This document shows, in pieces, positions 8,685 through 18,300 of a stretch of DNA of 41,071 nucleotides. The position numbers and the translations under genes are program-made. Source of the stretch: a virus (lineage: Duplodnaviria > Caudoviricetes); IMG/VR virus record IMGVR_UViG_3300025018_000260, positions 1 to 41,071 of that record, one strand, 5' to 3'. Numbering within the stretch: the first letter of the stretch is position 1; each line of letters opens with the position of its first letter. The notes under the pieces are model-generated. The model saw nothing but the letters and a program-made list of their open reading frames with translations, made no database searches and was not told where the DNA came from.

Positions 8685-9602
8685 ATGGCTACACCCATAG
8701 CGATCTCTCCAGCCACGGGCAAGCCCTGCATCAAGATCTCGTGGTCCGGTCTCAAGCGCTGGGAGGACTGCCCACAGAGGCATCTGAGGAACGTGCGCCG
8801 CGAGACCCGACCCGTGAACGGCAGGGTGTTCCTGGCGGGCAACGTGGTGGACAGCGCCGAGCGCCAGTGGCTGAACGAGGGCGCGCGCCCCGGCGAACTC
8901 GTCCGGCTCATCCCTGAGTGGATGGATCGCATGTGCGACCCGAGCAGCGAGGCGAGCGAGTACACGATCCGCTGGAACGGCAACGCCCGGGCCGACCGCG
9001 CCGCTGTGCTGGAGAAGTGCGTCCTCGCCGCGCAGCGGTTGGAGCCGATCCTGCTGGAGCACGTCGCGCCCTACCAGTTCGAGCCCGAGAAGAAGTTCGA
9101 GGTGTGGGTCGGCATCCCCGGCCTCAACGGCGAGCGCGTGGGGATCCTGCTGACCGGCGGCATCGACATCGTGGTGCGTGACGACGAGGGCAACTTCCGG
9201 CTGTACGACCTCAAGACCACCGAGAACCGGGGCTACATCCGCTCCACCGCCGCTCAGGCGATCTTCTACGACATCGCGTGGGGGCACTGGTGGGGCGACC
9301 ACACCCAGCCCCGGGAGTTCGGCTTCATCGCTCCGCTGCTGAGCGAGAAGTTGATCCCGGTCGCGGTGAACGACGACCACCGCCGGGTGATGATGCAGCG
9401 GATCATCAAGGCTGCGCACGGGATGATGCGCGACCAGTGGAGCCCCAAGCGCGACAACGAGGGCTGCTCGTGGTGCGAGGCCAAGGCGTGGTGTCCGAAG
9501 TTCGCGCTGGCCCACGCCAAGGACGCGTTTGGCAAGAACCGGGTGAACTTCGCCGAGACCGCCCGGCGACGTGCCGAGGCCGTGGACGAACCCGAGGCTT
9601 GA
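8685..9602 (+). CDS. PD-(D/E)xK exonuclease, Cas4/RecB-like with four conserved Cys
   Basis: SWSGLKRWEDCP, GGIDIV...YDLKT, Q..FY, CSWCEAKAWCP. Confidence 0.85.
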   Translation: MATPIAISPATGKPCIKISWSGLKRWEDCPQRHLRNVRRETRPVNGRVFLAGNVVDSAERQWLNEGARPGELVRLIPEWMDRMCDPSSEASEYTIRWNGNARADRAAVLEKCVLAAQRLEPILLEHVAPYQFEPEKKFEVWVGIPGLNGERVGILLTGGIDIVVRDDEGNFRLYDLKTTENRGYIRSTAAQAIFYDIAWGHWWGDHTQPREFGFIAPLLSEKLIPVAVNDDHRRVMMQRIIKAAHGMMRDQWSPKRDNEGCSWCEAKAWCPKFALAHAKDAFGKNRVNFAETARRRAEAVDEPEA

Positions 9603-9603
9603 G

Positions 9604-9613
9604 GCGTACAAGG
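9604..9613 (+). promoter_or_regulatory. Start-proximal motif GCGTACAAGG (copy 3)
   Basis: 3 nt before ATG 9617. Confidence 0.65.
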
Positions 9614-9616
9614 ACC

Positions 9617-9850
9617 ATGACCGACCTGCACACCCAGATCCAGACCCTGCGCTCCCAGGCCGAGGCGCGCGAGCGCGAGGCGATCAAGTTGAGCGCCCAG
9701 GCCGAGGAGGCGGAGAAGTCCAAGGCCGAGGCGTTCGACCGGCTCAAGGAGTTGGGGGCCGAGAGCCCCGACGACGCCCGGGCCAAGGCCGAGGCGATCG
9801 AGGCCGAGGTGCAGGCCGAGGTCAAGCGACTCACCGAGGTGCTGAACTGA
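9617..9850 (+). CDS. Small coiled-coil protein (77 aa), candidate middle segment of the split Rad50
   Basis: MTDLHTQIQTLRSQAEAREREAIKL...LKELGAESPDDARAKAEAIEAEV; all-helical heptad pattern. Confidence 0.7.
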   Translation: MTDLHTQIQTLRSQAEAREREAIKLSAQAEEAEKSKAEAFDRLKELGAESPDDARAKAEAIEAEVQAEVKRLTEVLN

Positions 9851-10956
9851 TGCAGTTCACGACCAAGGTGTTCGTGCTCAAGGCGCTGATCGACAAGGCC
9901 GCGAGCGTGCTGCCCCGGGGGAGTTCGGTGCAGGACGTGCTCCGCAACCTCCTCATCGAGGCGCACGACGACGAACTGCGCATGGTGAGCACCGACCTCG
10001 AACTGACCCTGCTGGCCTCCAGCGGGATCGTGAGCATCACCGAGCCCGGACGGGTGCTGGTGGACGGCAAGCGGCTGGTGGCGATCGCCAACCAGGCCAA
10101 GGACGGGGACGCCACGGTGACCCTGCGCGAGGGGGAACTGGACATCCAGGCCCCTCCGACGCGCTGGAGGCTCCGTACGGGCGAGGAGTCGAGTTACCCC
10201 TCCCTGCCCACCCTCGACGGGCTGGAATGGCACGACGTGGACCGTGAGCCCTTCGTGGCCACTCTGGGGCGCGTGGCCAAGGCCGCAGGCACCGATACCG
10301 TCCGCGCCAACCTGATGATGGTGGACATCAGCGACGGACGGTTCCGAGCCGCCGACGGCGCGCGCTTCGTCCAGATCGAGCAGGACTTCCCCCTCGACAT
10401 GCAGATCCCCGTGCACGCGGTGAAGGATCTGCTTCGTTTGCTCAAGACCACCGAGGCGACCTCGTTCCGCTGTGCGGAGACCGACGACCACCTCGTGTTC
10501 GCCGTGGGTGACGACGTGTTCCTCGTCAACCGGCTGGTCGCGAACTTCCCCAACGTGGACGAGGTGTTGATCAAGCCCGCGCTCGCCAACGATCAGGAGT
10601 TGTGGGTGGACCGGGACGACTTCGTGGACGCCGTGAAGCGCGTGCGCGTGACCGCCGACGAGGACACCGGGGGCGTGGTCCTGGGGCTGGAGTCCAACCG
10701 CTTGATGATCCGCTGCTCCGACCGCATGGGCAACGCCTCCACCGAGGCGCTGATCGTCCGCTGGAGCGGCCCCAAGCGCGAGGTCGCCTTCCAGCACGAG
10801 CATCTGATCGACCTGCTCCTGAGCGCGCCCGAGCGCAGCATGAGGCTGTGGCTGGGCGAGGACACCAAGACCCAGAAGGCTCCGCTGCTGCTGCGTGACG
10901 ACGACAGTGGCCTCCTGGCGACACTCGTGCAGATCCGCCGCGAGTACGTCGGCTGA
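9850..10956 (+). CDS. dnaN: DNA polymerase III beta sliding clamp
   Basis: 368 aa; VLRNLLIEA...STDLELT, YPSLP, AADGAR, RLVANFPNVDEV; three-domain clamp length. Confidence 0.9.
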   Translation: MQFTTKVFVLKALIDKAASVLPRGSSVQDVLRNLLIEAHDDELRMVSTDLELTLLASSGIVSITEPGRVLVDGKRLVAIANQAKDGDATVTLREGELDIQAPPTRWRLRTGEESSYPSLPTLDGLEWHDVDREPFVATLGRVAKAAGTDTVRANLMMVDISDGRFRAADGARFVQIEQDFPLDMQIPVHAVKDLLRLLKTTEATSFRCAETDDHLVFAVGDDVFLVNRLVANFPNVDEVLIKPALANDQELWVDRDDFVDAVKRVRVTADEDTGGVVLGLESNRLMIRCSDRMGNASTEALIVRWSGPKREVAFQHEHLIDLLLSAPERSMRLWLGEDTKTQKAPLLLRDDDSGLLATLVQIRREYVG

Positions 10957-10967
10957 ATCGCCGATGC
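10944..10967 (+). promoter_or_regulatory. Bipartite phage promoter GTAC-N12-GCCGATGC upstream of nrdJ
   Basis: Motif and spacing match. Confidence 0.6.
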
Positions 10968-11055
10968 TCATGGGGCGACCCCGACCCATGTAGCGCACGG
11001 ACACCGGGGTCTAGTTCCTGCTGCCACACACCTCCATAGGAAGGGCGACCCCGCC

Positions 11056-14000
11056 ATGCTCTCGTTCCAACTGACCCCCTCGTTCGTCGCCGAGTTCGAG
11101 CAGGTGAAGCCGAAGTGGGGGTACACCGACTCGGTGGGCAACTCCCTGGGGGAGATCACCTACCTGCGCACCTACAGCCGCAAGAAGGCCGACGGCACCA
11201 AGGAGCGCTGGTTCGAGACCTGCGAGCGGGTCATCAACGGGATGTTCTCCATCCTCAAGGACCACTGCGTCCAGAACCGTTTGCCGTGGAGCGATGAGCG
11301 CGGCCAGAAGTCCGCCCAGGAGGCGTACACCCGGCTGTTCGAGTTCAAGTGGACGCCACCCGGGCGCGGTCTGTGGGTCATGGGCACTCCGTTCGTGCAC
11401 GAGGAGGGCAACAGCGCCGCCCTCCAGAACTGCTTCGCTGGCACGACGGAGTTCGTGACCGAGGACGGGGTGCGCACCCTCGCTGACGCCGAGGGCGAGA
11501 CTGTGCGCGTGGCCACCGAGAAGGGGTGGCTGGACGCGGAGGTCCGTGCGTTCGGATCCCAGCCGCTCCACCGCATCACCTTCGCCCCGGCGATGCCCAA
11601 CAGCCGGAGCGAGGGATGGCGGCTCAGCCGGTCCAACGTCAGGCACGTCATCGAGGCCACCCCGGACCATCGCTGGGTCCTCACCGATGGCACGGTCACC
11701 ACGGCGCTGATCGCGGGCGACACCGTGCCTGCGCAGGTCGCCGAGGTCGAGCACGACCCCGACCCCAAGACGCCCGGCGGTGAGCACTCCGAGGAGTACC
11801 TGACGGGGTGGCGGCACGGCTTCGTGTTCGGGGACGGCAACGTCGCCACGCACTCAGCCCGGCGGTACGAGGCTCCGTTGCATGGCGCGGACGAGAAGTG
11901 GGAGCACCGCTTCCCCGGCGGTGCCCGCTACACCTCCTCGTGGGGAGCCCCGGTGTGCGTGGTCCACTCCGATGACGACCTCAAGGCGCTGCCCGAGGGA
12001 CGCACGCCCACCTACCTCAGCGGCTTCATGGACGGCTGGATGGCCGCAGACGGGTCGATCACGGCCAGCGGGTCGGTGGCCCTCGCCTCCTCGCGCAGCG
12101 AGGCGCAGACGTGGCTTGAGCGCCACGCAGCCCTCGCCGGGTGGTTGTACGTGGGCCGCAGCGAGGATGACCGCGAGACCAACTACGGGCCGCGCACCGC
12201 GCCGCTGGTCAAGCACGTGTTGACCCGCGACACCGAGCGGGCGTGGAAGGTCGTGGCCATCGAGGCGCTGCCCGAACCTGAGACTGTGTACTGCGCCGTC
12301 GTCCCGGCCACCGCGACGTTCACGCTCGCGCAGGGCATCCTCACCGGCAACTGCGCCTTCGTGAGCACCGAGGACATGTGCCAGGGCGACCCGTCCCGAC
12401 CGTTCGCCTTCCTCATGGAGGCGTCGATGCTGGGGGTGGGCGTGGGCTTCGACACCCTGGGCGCGGAGTGCGGGCTGGACATCCACCAGCCCATCAAGCA
12501 CGGGGAACTGCCCGAGGTCGAGCACCTGCTGAGCACCCAGGACCCCGAGGAGGCCATCGCCCAGATCGGTACCGGGGCCTTCGACGTGTGGCCCCTGAGC
12601 ACCGAGGATGTGCTGCGCGCGGTCTCCAGCCCCTGGGACGGACCCCGGTACGTCATCAGCGACACCCGCGAGGGATGGGTGGCGTCCACCGCCGCGCTGA
12701 TCCGGTCCTACCTCCAGCCCAACCACCCCGAGGTGCAGTTCGTGTACGACGGCATCAGGCCGCGCGACACCGAGATCCTGGGCTTCGGGGGCAAGGCCGG
12801 AGGCGTGACCCCTCTGATCGACCTGCACACCCGGATCCGCCAGACCTTCGAGGGCCGCGCGGGCAGCCTGCTCACCAGCCGCGACATCACCGACGTGCAG
12901 AACATGATCGGCGTGTGCGTGGTGGCCGGGAACGTGCGCCGCTCAGCGGAGTTGGCGCTGGGCCGCAACGACGACAAGGACTTCATCGAGTTGAAGGACT
13001 GGAGGATCAACCCCGAGCGCGCGGCGTGGGCGAACGCCTCGAACAACAGCGTCATGGCCGAGGTCGGGATGGACTACCAGCGCTTCGTGGATCCGATCCT
13101 GTTCAACGGCGAGCCCGGGTTCGTGTACATGGACCTCCAGCGCAGCCACGGGCGTCTGGCGGATGAGCCGACCAACGCCGACTACCGGGCCAAGGGCACC
13201 AACCCCTGCGCCGAGCAGACGTTGGAGTCCTACGAGTGCTGCACGCTCGTGGAGACCTTCCCGACCCGCGCAACCGACATGGAGGACTACCTCCGCACCC
13301 TCAAGTTCGCGTTCATGTACGCCAAGGCCGTGACGCTGCTCCCGACGCACTGGCCCGAGACCAACGCCGTGATGCAGCGCAACCGCCGCATCGGGGCCTC
13401 GATGAGCGGCATGGCCGACTTCGTGGAGTTGCGGGACTGGCACGAGTTGGCCGGGTGGATGGACTCCGGGTACGCCACGATCAAGCGCTGGGACACCACG
13501 TACAGCGAGTGGCTGGGCGTGCGCGAGAGCATCAAGGTCACCAGCGTCAAGCCCAGCGGCACCGTGAGCCTGCTGGCGGGCGTGAGCCCGGGCGCGCACT
13601 GGCCCGTGGGCGACACCTACATTCGCCGGATCCGCCTCCGCGCCGGGGACCCCATCGGCCAGGCGCTGCGCGACGCCGGGTACACCGTCGAACCCGCCCG
13701 CTTCCGCACCGACGAGGGCGAGATGATCTACGACGAGACCACCTGGGTGGCCGAGATCCCGCTGCGGGGTCAGGGCGTGCGCACCGAGCGCGAGGTGAGC
13801 GTGTACGAGAAGGCCGGGCTCGCGGAGATGGCGCAGCGCTGGTGGGCCGACAACGCGGTGAGCCTCACGCTCAGTTTCCACGAGGAGGAGGGCGCGCAGT
13901 TGCCCGTCCTGCTGCGGATGTTCGAGGGTCGCCTCAAGGCGGTGTCGTTCCTCAAGATCGACACCGGGTCCTACGAGCAGATGCCGTACGAGAACCTGAC

Positions 14001-14163
14001 CGACGAGGAGTACGAGGCCGCGAGCGCGATCGACCGGCTGCCGCTGGACTGGGCCGCGCTGTACGGCGGTGACGCGCTGGACGCCGTGGGCGAGGCTTAT
14101 TGCACAACGGACGCATGTGAGATCAAGGACTTCAAGATCGACGCGGAAGAAGCCGCGCAGTAG
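11056..14163 (+). CDS. nrdJ: Class II (adenosylcobalamin-dependent, monomeric RTPR-type) ribonucleotide reductase with intein
   Basis: LRTYSR, PPGRGLW, LQN|CAF, GVGVGFD, GNVRRSAE, NGEPG, TNPCAEQ, KPSGTVS; C-terminal CTTDAC. Confidence 0.93.
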   Translation: MLSFQLTPSFVAEFEQVKPKWGYTDSVGNSLGEITYLRTYSRKKADGTKERWFETCERVINGMFSILKDHCVQNRLPWSDERGQKSAQEAYTRLFEFKWTPPGRGLWVMGTPFVHEEGNSAALQNCFAGTTEFVTEDGVRTLADAEGETVRVATEKGWLDAEVRAFGSQPLHRITFAPAMPNSRSEGWRLSRSNVRHVIEATPDHRWVLTDGTVTTALIAGDTVPAQVAEVEHDPDPKTPGGEHSEEYLTGWRHGFVFGDGNVATHSARRYEAPLHGADEKWEHRFPGGARYTSSWGAPVCVVHSDDDLKALPEGRTPTYLSGFMDGWMAADGSITASGSVALASSRSEAQTWLERHAALAGWLYVGRSEDDRETNYGPRTAPLVKHVLTRDTERAWKVVAIEALPEPETVYCAVVPATATFTLAQGILTGNCAFVSTEDMCQGDPSRPFAFLMEASMLGVGVGFDTLGAECGLDIHQPIKHGELPEVEHLLSTQDPEEAIAQIGTGAFDVWPLSTEDVLRAVSSPWDGPRYVISDTREGWVASTAALIRSYLQPNHPEVQFVYDGIRPRDTEILGFGGKAGGVTPLIDLHTRIRQTFEGRAGSLLTSRDITDVQNMIGVCVVAGNVRRSAELALGRNDDKDFIELKDWRINPERAAWANASNNSVMAEVGMDYQRFVDPILFNGEPGFVYMDLQRSHGRLADEPTNADYRAKGTNPCAEQTLESYECCTLVETFPTRATDMEDYLRTLKFAFMYAKAVTLLPTHWPETNAVMQRNRRIGASMSGMADFVELRDWHELAGWMDSGYATIKRWDTTYSEWLGVRESIKVTSVKPSGTVSLLAGVSPGAHWPVGDTYIRRIRLRAGDPIGQALRDAGYTVEPARFRTDEGEMIYDETTWVAEIPLRGQGVRTEREVSVYEKAGLAEMAQRWWADNAVSLTLSFHEEEGAQLPVLLRMFEGRLKAVSFLKIDTGSYEQMPYENLTDEEYEAASAIDRLPLDWAALYGGDALDAVGEAYCTTDACEIKDFKIDAEEAAQ
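11431..12351 (+). mobile_element. Intein (307 aa) with LAGLIDADG endonuclease in NrdJ
   Basis: CFAGTTEFVT...ATPDHRW...GFVFGDG...GWMAADGS...GILTGN followed by +1 Cys. Confidence 0.9.
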
Positions 14164-14164
14164 G

Positions 14165-14193
14165 TTGACACGTGTCTCCTCAGCGTGTACTGT
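14165..14193 (+). promoter_or_regulatory. Housekeeping-sigma promoter TTGACA-N17-TACTGT with palindrome GACACGTGTC
   Basis: Shares GTTGACACGTGTCwCCT with the 1741 element. Confidence 0.75.
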
Positions 14194-14239
14194 TCTGGGT
14201 GTCGGGAGATCCCCCGGCAGGAGTGCTGAGGAGACCATC

Positions 14240-14614
14240 GTGGATGAGTTCGAGATGACCCGGTTCGCAGACTTCCTGGCAGGAGTCAACACCCGGGCGG
14301 ACTACGTGGCGCTGGCCGCGAACGCCAAGCGGCGGCTGAACCGGCTGCTGGCCATGGGCGAGATGAACGCCGCCGTGGTCGGGCTGGCGGACTTCGAGAA
14401 GTGCTTCGCGGCGCTGGTCAAGAACTGCGGCGGTCGGAAGGCTGCCGCCGAGATGCTGGTCGCCAACCGGGTCGCCACCCTCGCCGCCTACCTGGCCAAG
14501 GTCGAGGCCACCGGCTGGATCAACGCCCTGCTGGACTGCGGCTGCTGCTGCGATGACGTCCCCGTCACCACCGAGGCCGGTGCCGCCGCTCTCGCCGCTC
14601 TGCGCGCCGCCTAG
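14240..14614 (+). CDS. Hypothetical Ala-rich helical protein with CGCCC motif, in a self-contained expression cassette
   Basis: RBS GAGGAG, GTG at 14240; flanked by its own promoter and a hairpin. Confidence 0.7.
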   Translation: MDEFEMTRFADFLAGVNTRADYVALAANAKRRLNRLLAMGEMNAAVVGLADFEKCFAALVKNCGGRKAAAEMLVANRVATLAAYLAKVEATGWINALLDCGCCCDDVPVTTEAGAAALAALRAA

Positions 14615-14629
14615 CCCGCTCCGCTTCTC

Positions 14630-14657
14630 ACGGCCCCTCGAACGATCGGGGGGCCGT
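14630..14657 (+). terminator. GC-rich hairpin, probable terminator
   Basis: ACGGCCCCTCGA-ACGA-TCGGGGGGCCGT, a 12-bp stem with one G-U pair. Confidence 0.65.
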
Positions 14658-14659
14658 CG

Positions 14660-14669
14660 GCGTACAAGG
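14660..14669 (+). promoter_or_regulatory. Start-proximal motif GCGTACAAGG (copy 4)
   Basis: Directly after the hairpin, 4 nt before ATG 14674. Confidence 0.65.
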
Positions 14670-14670
14670 G

Positions 14671-15315
14671 GTGATGCTGGACTCCTTGGACATGACGATC
14701 GCCTCCTTCGATCAGCGCCACCAGCGCCGCGTCGGGGAGGCCCGTGCGCTGGCGGTGCAGGGCAAGCAGGCCGTGACCCGCGTGGATGATCTTGAGCGAC
14801 GTCTGACGGCGCTGGATCAGGCTGCCGAGGTGCTGCTGCGCTTCGGGGAGCAGCGCCAGGCTGAGGTGGTGAACCGCGTCGAGACCTTGGTGACCCACGG
14901 CCTCCAGACGGTGTTCGGGGAGGAGATGACCTTCCACATCATCGCCGAGCAGAAGGCCAAGGCGCAGCAGTACGAGTTCGTCGTGCGGTCCAAGATCGGG
15001 GAGGCCACCGTCGAGACCCCGGTGATGGACGCCCGGGGCGGCGGAGTCGCCGTGGTCGTGGGGTTCCTGCTGCGTCTGTTGCTGGTGCTGCTGCGCAAGG
15101 ACACCCAGCGGGTGCTCGTGCTGGACGAGTCCTTCGCCCAGTTGAGCGAGGAGTACGTCCCCCGGCTGGGCGAGTTCATCCGCGAACTCGTGGACTCCAC
15201 CAACGTGCAGGTCATCCTCGTGACGCACGACCCGACCTTCGCCGCCTACGTGGACACCGCGTATCGCTTCGAGCAGGAGGCAGGGCAGACCCGAGTGTCT
15301 AGCCTGGCGACATGA
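14671..15315 (+). CDS. sbcC: SbcC/Rad50-like ATPase, C-terminal half only (coiled coil, signature, Walker B, H-loop)
   Basis: Coiled coil, then MDARGGG (degenerate signature), VLVLDESFAQLS and VILVTHD; no Walker A. Start is 14671 or 14674. Confidence 0.85.
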   Translation: MMLDSLDMTIASFDQRHQRRVGEARALAVQGKQAVTRVDDLERRLTALDQAAEVLLRFGEQRQAEVVNRVETLVTHGLQTVFGEEMTFHIIAEQKAKAQQYEFVVRSKIGEATVETPVMDARGGGVAVVVGFLLRLLLVLLRKDTQRVLVLDESFAQLSEEYVPRLGEFIRELVDSTNVQVILVTHDPTFAAYVDTAYRFEQEAGQTRVSSLAT

Positions 15316-18300
15316 AGTGGCGCACCCCCGAGCAGATCGCGGCCTTCGTGAAGGCCAACGAGCACCGCATGGACCGGCCTCAGCAACTGTTGGGCGATGA
15401 GCCCAACTCCTACCGCCGGGAGTGGACCGAGACCGACCTCCACGTGTGCCTGTTCGCGTGCTGGGCCTACGACCAGGCCGCAGGCAACGTGGCGATCCCT
15501 ACGGTGTACCGCGCGGTCAACGAGCACGACGAGAGGTATCTGTGCGACCGGTCGTACTTCCCGGCCACGATCCGCGACCTCAAGACCTTCGAGTCCGCCG
15601 ACATGCCGATCTTCGGGGTGGAGAGCCGCCGCCCGATCGGGGAGTTCGACGTCATCGCCTCCAGCGTGTCGTACCCCGTGCTCGCGGTGAACTTCGTGAA
15701 GCAACTCCAGATGAGCGGGATCCCGGTGAGTTGGCAGCAGATCGAGGTCCGGGGCAAGCCCCAGACCGGTCGCTGGGCCGATCCCGAGCGCTGGCCGTTC
15801 GTGATGGTGGGCGGGCAGTCCTACGGCGCGCCCGAGGTGCTGGCCAACGTCGTGGACGCGTGGTGGTGCGGGGAGGCTGAGGACGAGGGGGAGGACAACC
15901 CCGGCATCGGCGAGGTGATGGACCGTGTGGCGCTGTACAAGCGCATCGGGCGGTGGCAGGAGGACCGCCTCGGGTGCTACGCCGACATGGCCCGGGAGTT
16001 CCGGTTCCTGTACTTCCCGCGCTGGTACGAGATCGACTACGCCTACGCCGAGCGCCCCAGCGTGCACGCGGTGAACTTCGAGGGCGGGGAGACCCGGGAG
16101 TCCAAGCAGGTGGCGAGTTGGAAGGCCACCCTCCCGGGGATGCGCGCGCCCGTGGTGAAGCGCTTCGTGAGCGACCTCGACAACGTCCCGGCGCTGGACA
16201 ACCCGCCGCTGCTGTACTCCGACCCCGGGTCGGGCGTGGCCGCTGCGCTGGAGGTCCAGCGGGGCTGCCCCGCGTGGTGCTCGTTCTGCGCGCTGACGTA
16301 CCGCCAGAAGCCCTACCGGCAGCGCAGCGTGGAGACCACCGTGGCGCAGGCCAAGGGGCTGGTGGCCAACACCGGGTCCATGCACGTCGCGCCGTTCGGT
16401 CCCGACTTCCCGATGCATACCCAGAAGAAGCGGCTGGTGAAGGAGTTGCTGGAGCAGGTGACCGACGAGGTGGACGCCTCCTCCATGCGCGTGGACGACT
16501 TCACCGGGGACCACGACTACGCGCTGCTCCAGGCGTACGCGGGGATGAACGCCGTGACCCTGGGGGTGGAGGGGAACTCCCAGCGGATGCGCGACCTCGT
16601 GGGCAAGGGCGTGACCGACGAGGAGATCAAGTTGGCCGTGACCCGGGCGATCCACGCCGGGATCGGGAAGGTGAAGTTGTACATGATCGCCTCGCTGCCC
16701 GGTGAGGCGGAGGGCGACATCCTGAGCATCCTCGACCTCGCGCGCGACCTCGCGGAGATCCGTGACTCCCTCGGGGCCAAGACCAAGATCCAGTTCTCGT
16801 GGACCCCGCTGCTGATCGAGGCCAACACGCCCATGCAGTGGTTCGCGCCGACCAACCCCAACTGGTTCCTGGGCGAGGTGTGGGAGCAGTTCAAGGAGTT
16901 GCGCATCAGCGTGAAGATGGGGGCCAAGGCCGCACGGGACCGCTACGCGTTCTTCCAGGGGTCCCAGCGCGCGAGCCGCGAGGCGGGGCTGGCCATGATC
17001 GAGGCCGTGGCCGACAAGGAGTCCGGCTGCTGGGGCGGCGCACCCCGGGGGCTGCGCGAGGGCATCGAGGACCGGCTGCGCGCGCACGGGTTCCACAACG
17101 GGCTGGCCGACCTGTTCGATGAGCGGGACAAGGCCGACATGTTCGGGTGGGAGATGATCGATCAGGCGATCAACCCCGAGATGATGTGGCTCTCCTACCA
17201 GCAGATGCGCGAGTTCTTGGAGTTGACCAGCGCCGAGACCTACGACGGGGACATGGCCGAGGCCGTGGGCGGCAACGAGTGGATCGAGCGCTGTGACGAC
17301 CGCTGCTACGGCAAGGCGCAGCCGTTGACCTCTCAGGTGCTCACCCCGTCGGGGTTCGTCCCGATGGGCTCGCTGTGCATCGGGGACGCGGTGGTGGATC
17401 CCGAGGGCGAGATCAGCCACGTCGTGGGCGTGTACCCGCAGGGTGAGCGGGCGGTGTACCGAGTGACGTTCAGCGACGGCTCGCAGGTGCGTGCGACCGG
17501 CGACCATCTGTGGAAGATCGAGATGCGGGTCGCAGGCGAGATGCGCGACAAGGTGTTGACCACCGAGGAGATCCGCGCCCTCCCGTCGTGGCGGATGCCT
17601 CGCCTCGTCAGGGCCGACGCGCTGTCCGCGACCGACCTCGGGGACTTCACTGGCAGGCTGGATCCGTACCTCGTCGGGGCGCTGCTGGGCGACGGGTCGC
17701 TCACGGCAGACCACACCCCGACGTTCTCCAGCGCGGACCCCGAGATCATCGACGCGCTGGAGCAGGCGCTGCCGCCGGGCGCGGCGCTGGTGGAGCGTCC
17801 CTCGAAGGGTGCGCATCGCGAGGTCGCTATCACGGGGATGACGGCGCTGCTGCGCAGTGAGGGGCTGTACCCGTCCCACGGTCGGGACAAGGTCGTGCCG
17901 ACGGCGTACAAGGTCGCCCCCGCAGAGGTCCGCCTCGCGGTGCTCCAAGGGCTGATGGACACCGACGGGTCGGCAGCCCCGAACGGCATGGCAGAGCACG
18001 TGACCATCAGTCGAGCGCTGCATGAGGACGTGGTGTGGCTCGCCCGCTCGCTCGGTCTGCGTGTCACCACCGCCTTCAAGGAGACCGGTTTCGCTCCCGC
18101 GTGGAGGGCGTTCGTGTATCAGCGCCCTGGCGGGCCTCGGGTGTTCCGCCTCGCCCGCAAGGCGCAGGAGATCACCGCCAAGCAGCGCGAGCACGGACGT
18201 CGCTTCGTCAACATCGAGCCGGACGGGGTGGAACCGACGCAGTGCATCGCGGTCAGCGCCTCGTCGTCGCTGTACGTCACCGACGACTTCGTCCCGACCC

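Noticed and set aside
8638-8700. 20-codon mini-ORF MSTVTVKVAGLERIKRWLHP bridging the HAD and nuclease genes
   Set aside because: Too short, with atypical codons; no support beyond the GTGA overlap.
8685-9602. Cas4-like gene as a sign of a CRISPR system
   Set aside because: No repeat-spacer array or other cas genes were seen. Solo Cas4/RecB-like nucleases are common in phages.
10957-11055. Possible cobalamin riboswitch or NrdR box upstream of nrdJ
   Set aside because: The gap is only about 100 nt, and no B12-box or NrdR palindrome is recognisable.
17905-17914. Fifth GCGTACAAGG copy
   Set aside because: It lies inside intein coding sequence (A-Y-K-V) with no nearby gene start; probably chance.
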